Positions 7,529 to 10,451 of a stretch of 10,451 nucleotides of DNA are shown piece after piece. The position numbers were made by a program, and so were the translations under genes. The notes beneath the pieces are model-generated. The model ran no database searches. It was given only the letters and a program-made list of their open reading frames with translations, and had not been told where the DNA came from. The stretch lies in NCBI GenBank assembly GCA_038046605.1, contig JBBSVW010000050.1:1-10451 (forward strand), given 5' to 3'. Position 1 is the first letter of the stretch; each line of letters opens with the position of its first letter. The stretch comes from Candidatus Micrarchaeota archaeon. GTDB lineage: Archaea; Micrarchaeota; Micrarchaeia; Norongarragalinales; SBBD01.

Positions 7529-8230
7529 TTACTTCCCAAACCTTCTTTCCGTCTCGTTGTAGAATTCGACCGCCTCCTTGAAATCCTCCTTGGTGAATTC
7601 CGGCCAAAGCTTATTGCTGAAATACAATTCGGAATACGCCGTTTGCCATGGCAGGAAGCCGGATAACCTGGATACGCCGCCTGTCCTGATGATAAGATCG
7701 GGCGATAGCGGTGAATAGAGGTATTTTTCAAATTCCTTCTCGTTCAATTTGCCTGCCTTTGAAAGTGCATCCTTCCTTCCATAAAAGTCCACGAGGATTT
7801 TCCTTGTTGCATTTAGGATTTCCTCCCTTCCGGAATATGCAATGGCGATTTCCAACGTGGAGGCGAATTTGGATGTGTTGGACTCCAATTCCGAAATCAT
7901 TGCCTGCAAATCCTTTGGCAGCAATTCGAGTTTCCCGAAGAATTTCACCTTGATTTTCTTCTTTTCGAAAGTTTTATCGCGAAGGGTCTGCCGAAGTTTG
8001 TGCCTCATTAGCGAAAAGAGGATCCGAAGCTCGAATCTGCTTCTCTTCTTGAAATTTTCAAGGCTTAGGGCCCAGAAAGTGATATTGTTTATGCTGGTCC
8101 CTTCCGCCCAATCCAGCACCTCCTCCACTTTCCTGAAGCCCGCGCCATACGCATTCTGCACGCTAAGCTTGCCCTTCGAAGCGAACCTGCGGTTTCCATC
8201 CGGAATAATCGCTATGCTTTTCAGTCTCAT
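7529..8230 (-). CDS. uppS: cis-prenyltransferase (polyprenyl diphosphate synthase, UppS family); alternative GTG start 8239
   Basis: IAIIPDGNRRFA, LSLENFKKR, AIAYSGREEI, PDLIIRTGG.SRLSGFLPWQ, YSELYF..KLWPEF and ERRFGK. Confidence 0.96.
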   Translation of the reverse strand: MRLKSIAIIPDGNRRFASKGKLSVQNAYGAGFRKVEEVLDWAEGTSINNITFWALSLENFKKRSRFELRILFSLMRHKLRQTLRDKTFEKKKIKVKFFGKLELLPKDLQAMISELESNTSKFASTLEIAIAYSGREEILNATRKILVDFYGRKDALSKAGKLNEKEFEKYLYSPLSPDLIIRTGGVSRLSGFLPWQTAYSELYFSNKLWPEFTKEDFKEAVEFYNETERRFGK

Positions 8231-8270
8231 GTTTCCCACTCGAAAAGTGATATTTTTAGTGCCGCCATCA

Positions 8271-8280
8271 TTTATATAAG
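8271..8280 (-). promoter_or_regulatory. Putative TATA box for uppS
   Basis: Minus strand reads CTTATATAAA about 40 bp upstream of ATG 8230, within the 8231-8300 intergenic gap. Confidence 0.55.
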
Positions 8281-8300
8281 TTTAGATTTGTTTTCCGCCT

Positions 8301-9182
8301 TCATGGGAAGGTGGCGCTCTCAATTAACGCTCCAACAAATACCAATCCTACTGCAAATCCCATGAGCTTTATTACATCGAATGTGATTGGCTTGAACTCG
8401 GGCGTCCCCCAAATTTTCCTGGAAAGGGCGGAACTGAGGATGCCGCCTGCGAGCGCGCCGACAAGGTATGCGATTGCTTCGAATGTACCGTGGGGTATGA
8501 GCCCTAGAATTCCATAGCTTATTCCCGGAATCAGGGAAAATGCCGGAGCCTCGTTGAAAACGAATTTTTTCGCCACGTTGCCGATAAATACCCCGATTAT
8601 TGATGCATTCCAGATGATTATGAATACGGAGCCCGCCCCGTAAATCAAGGAGCCCAGTATAACTAGGGCAAGAACCCTAAGGTTTTGGGTCAGTATGAAA
8701 AAGAAGGGATTCGTTGGGCCCGATGCGCTTGCGGATAGGGGGCTTGCGCCATTTTCCAGGAATTTGCCGGAAAGCTGGTTTGAAAGGCTCTGGATGCGCT
8801 TTAGCTCATTCAACTGGGGCTCGAAAAATTTAGCGCCCCTGACCGGATCGGTTTGCTCGAGGAAAAGATACCAGAAGGTGTATGCAATTGTTAGCCCTAT
8901 GAAAAATGCCGCAAGCACCAACACGACTGAAAAATGCCTCCTTATAGTCCTGCTCCCAAGGACAATTTCATGCTCCATCTCCTCCTCTTCCAGCTTGAAG
9001 AGGTTTAGGATGAACGGTATTGATGGGATTAGCGTGAACATTATGAGCATTGCCCCCGGCGGCTCGACTTTAAGGTAATCGACAATTCCAATTGCAAGTG
9101 ATACGAAAATGAACGCAAGGACAATGATTTCGGATGGATTCCTTTCAGCGGTCCTTGGCCCGATGAATGCTTCAACGACCAT
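8301..9182 (-). CDS. SpoIIM/DUF95-like integral membrane protein, 293 aa
   Basis: Multiple hydrophobic helices. ILTQNLRV, IIIWNASIIG and IPHGTFEAIAY match the N...N...PHGxxE pattern of the stage II sporulation protein M family. Confidence 0.8.
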   Translation of the reverse strand: MVVEAFIGPRTAERNPSEIIVLAFIFVSLAIGIVDYLKVEPPGAMLIMFTLIPSIPFILNLFKLEEEEMEHEIVLGSRTIRRHFSVVLVLAAFFIGLTIAYTFWYLFLEQTDPVRGAKFFEPQLNELKRIQSLSNQLSGKFLENGASPLSASASGPTNPFFFILTQNLRVLALVILGSLIYGAGSVFIIIWNASIIGVFIGNVAKKFVFNEAPAFSLIPGISYGILGLIPHGTFEAIAYLVGALAGGILSSALSRKIWGTPEFKPITFDVIKLMGFAVGLVFVGALIESATFP

Positions 9183-9203
9183 GATTTGTTATTTTTTCCC
9201 GGC

Positions 9204-9211
9204 TTTTAAAT
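9204..9211 (-). promoter_or_regulatory. Putative TATA box for the SpoIIM-like gene (leaderless spacing)
   Basis: Minus strand ATTTAAAA ends about 22 bp before ATG 9182. No Shine-Dalgarno is evident. Confidence 0.45.
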
Positions 9212-9304
9212 CTGATAGTTGAACATTTAATTCCGGAAATAATGGGAAACTAAATCGGAATTGCATATCTCTTCAGCTATATTTTTTTATGCCAGAACCC
9301 ATCC

Positions 9305-9326
9305 CCAACCAACAATATTTAAACAA
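9305..9326 (+). repeat. 22-bp direct repeat copy 1 (CCAACCAACAATATTTAAACAA)
   Basis: Identical to 9424-9445. Confidence 0.95.
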
Positions 9327-9361
9327 CACCTCTAGGGAACCAAGGTTCCCTACGCGTGTTG
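9324..9361. repeat. Inverted repeat/hairpin CAACAC-ctc-TAGGGAACC-AA-GGTTCCCTA-cgc-GTGTTG
   Basis: Perfect 9-bp arms at 9333-9341 and 9344-9352, plus outer 6-bp arms at 9324-9329 and 9356-9361. Confidence 0.9.
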
Positions 9362-9423
9362 CCTCTACCCCCCTAATTTGTTTTGGCAATTTCATATCAC
9401 TTGAATTTTATGCGAACGTTTCA

Positions 9424-9445
9424 CCAACCAACAATATTTAAACAA
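9424..9445 (+). repeat. 22-bp direct repeat copy 2, containing a probable TATA box (ATTTAAA) for the nuclease gene
   Basis: Identical to 9305-9326. TTTAAA at 9437-9442 lies 21 bp before ATG 9464. Confidence 0.9.
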
Positions 9446-9463
9446 GAAGCGGTTTCTTTTTCC

Positions 9464-10451
9464 ATGCTCGTGCCCACCATTTCGGGAGTTGCCCTCCAGC
9501 TTGAGGAAGAAAAGCTCATCCTTGATGGAAGGGGCGATTTGGTTTTCATCTCCCATGCCCATTCGGACCATTCCGCCGGGGCAAAAACCAGCCGGCGCAT
9601 TATTGCTTCCGAGGAAACCATTGATTTGATGCACTCGCGCAATTATGCAGATTCCCTTGTTACCCGCTCAAAATTGATGAAAAACCCTCCATTCAAATAC
9701 GAGCTTTTGGATGCCGGGCATGTGCTAGGTTCAAAGCAGCTCTACATCGAAAACAGCTCCTCTTTTATTTATACTGGAGATTTCAAAACCAGGGATTCGC
9801 TAACAAATAAGGGTGCGGTAGTTAGGCAAGCAGACCTTCTCATGATGGAAACAACATACGGTTTGCCCTTTTACAAATTCCCCCCAATGGAGCACGTTTA
9901 CAACGAAATGGCGCACTGGGTGAATCAAACCCTCATAACCGGCTCATCGCTCATCATTGGCGGCTATTCGCTTGGGAAGGCGCAGGAGATAATCAAATTG
10001 CTAAACGACTATTGCCAGATAACGCCGGTAGTAAGTTCTGAAATTTATAGGATCTGCCAGGTTTACCGCAAATACGGGGTAAATCTCCAGGTGATAAATG
10101 AAACCTCGGAGGAGGCAAAGGAGATTCTTGGCACCCAATTCGTAGCCGTTGTTCCCCATCATTTCGCGAATTTCAACTATGCAAGAAGGCTCTGCGAATT
10201 CTACGCCTGCGATGTGAGGGTGGCTGTTTGCACCGGCTGGGCAATAGATGGGAATTACTCGGCTGACCGCTCTTTTTGCCTCTCCGACCACTGCGATTTT
10301 GATGATCTGATCAATTATGTTGAAGGTGTTGCCCCAAAGCGCGTGATCACAATGCATGGATTTGAAAAGGAGTTCGCAGCCGAATTGAAAAAGCGCGGCT
10401 ACAATGCGGAGCCCATTTCAAACCTTAAGCTTAGGCCCCAAAAAGTGCTGG
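9464..10451 (+). CDS. Metallo-beta-lactamase/beta-CASP family nuclease (COG1236-like), 3' end beyond window
   Basis: Manual translation: MLVPTISG...FISHAHSDH...AGHVLGS...YTGDF...METTYG...GYSLGKAQE...TGW...LSDHCDFDDL...TMHGF. The frame is open to the window end. Confidence 0.93.
   Translation, partial: MLVPTISGVALQLEEEKLILDGRGDLVFISHAHSDHSAGAKTSRRIIASEETIDLMHSRNYADSLVTRSKLMKNPPFKYELLDAGHVLGSKQLYIENSSSFIYTGDFKTRDSLTNKGAVVRQADLLMMETTYGLPFYKFPPMEHVYNEMAHWVNQTLITGSSLIIGGYSLGKAQEIIKLLNDYCQITPVVSSEIYRICQVYRKYGVNLQVINETSEEAKEILGTQFVAVVPHHFANFNYARRLCEFYACDVRVAVCTGWAIDGNYSADRSFCLSDHCDFDDLINYVEGVAPKRVITMHGFEKEFAAELKKRGYNAEPISNLKLRPQKVL

Noticed and set aside
9229-9262. AATTCCG...CGGAATT inverted repeat
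   Set aside because: 7-bp arms with a 20-nt gap could arise by chance, and no function can be supported.
9305-9445. Minimal CRISPR array
   Set aside because: Only two repeats with a 97-bp spacer, far longer than CRISPR spacers, and no cas genes in the window.
9392-10357. Minus-strand ORFs 9392-9634, 9421-9642 and 10001-10357
   Set aside because: Antisense shadows of the beta-CASP nuclease gene.

Overview
Archaeal-style chromosomal window, probably DPANN-like (inferred from TATA-box promoters, an archaeal-type GlmU and compact gene packing). It holds ten protein-coding genes in four blocks. (1) A minus-strand string: wHTH/ArsR-like regulator fused to an S-layer-C-like domain, an AT-rich small membrane protein, an NrdG/PFL-activase-like radical SAM homologue lacking all three CxxxCxxC cysteines, and a malic enzyme running off the left edge. 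(2) A divergent plus-strand operon glmS - HAD hydrolase - archaeal glmU - phosphoribosyltransferase, i.e. UDP-GlcNAc synthesis with no glmM in the cluster. (3) Convergent minus-strand SpoIIM-like membrane protein and cis-prenyltransferase (uppS). (4) A beta-CASP metallo-beta-lactamase nuclease running off the right edge, preceded by a perfect 22-bp direct repeat that brackets a long hairpin. The malic enzyme and the nuclease are absent from the supplied ORF track. The most notable items are the cysteine-less radical SAM pseudoenzyme, the fused regulator with a candidate operator beside glmS, the HAD gene in the glmM slot, and the repeat/hairpin element. No rRNA, tRNA, CRISPR array or transposase was recognised.
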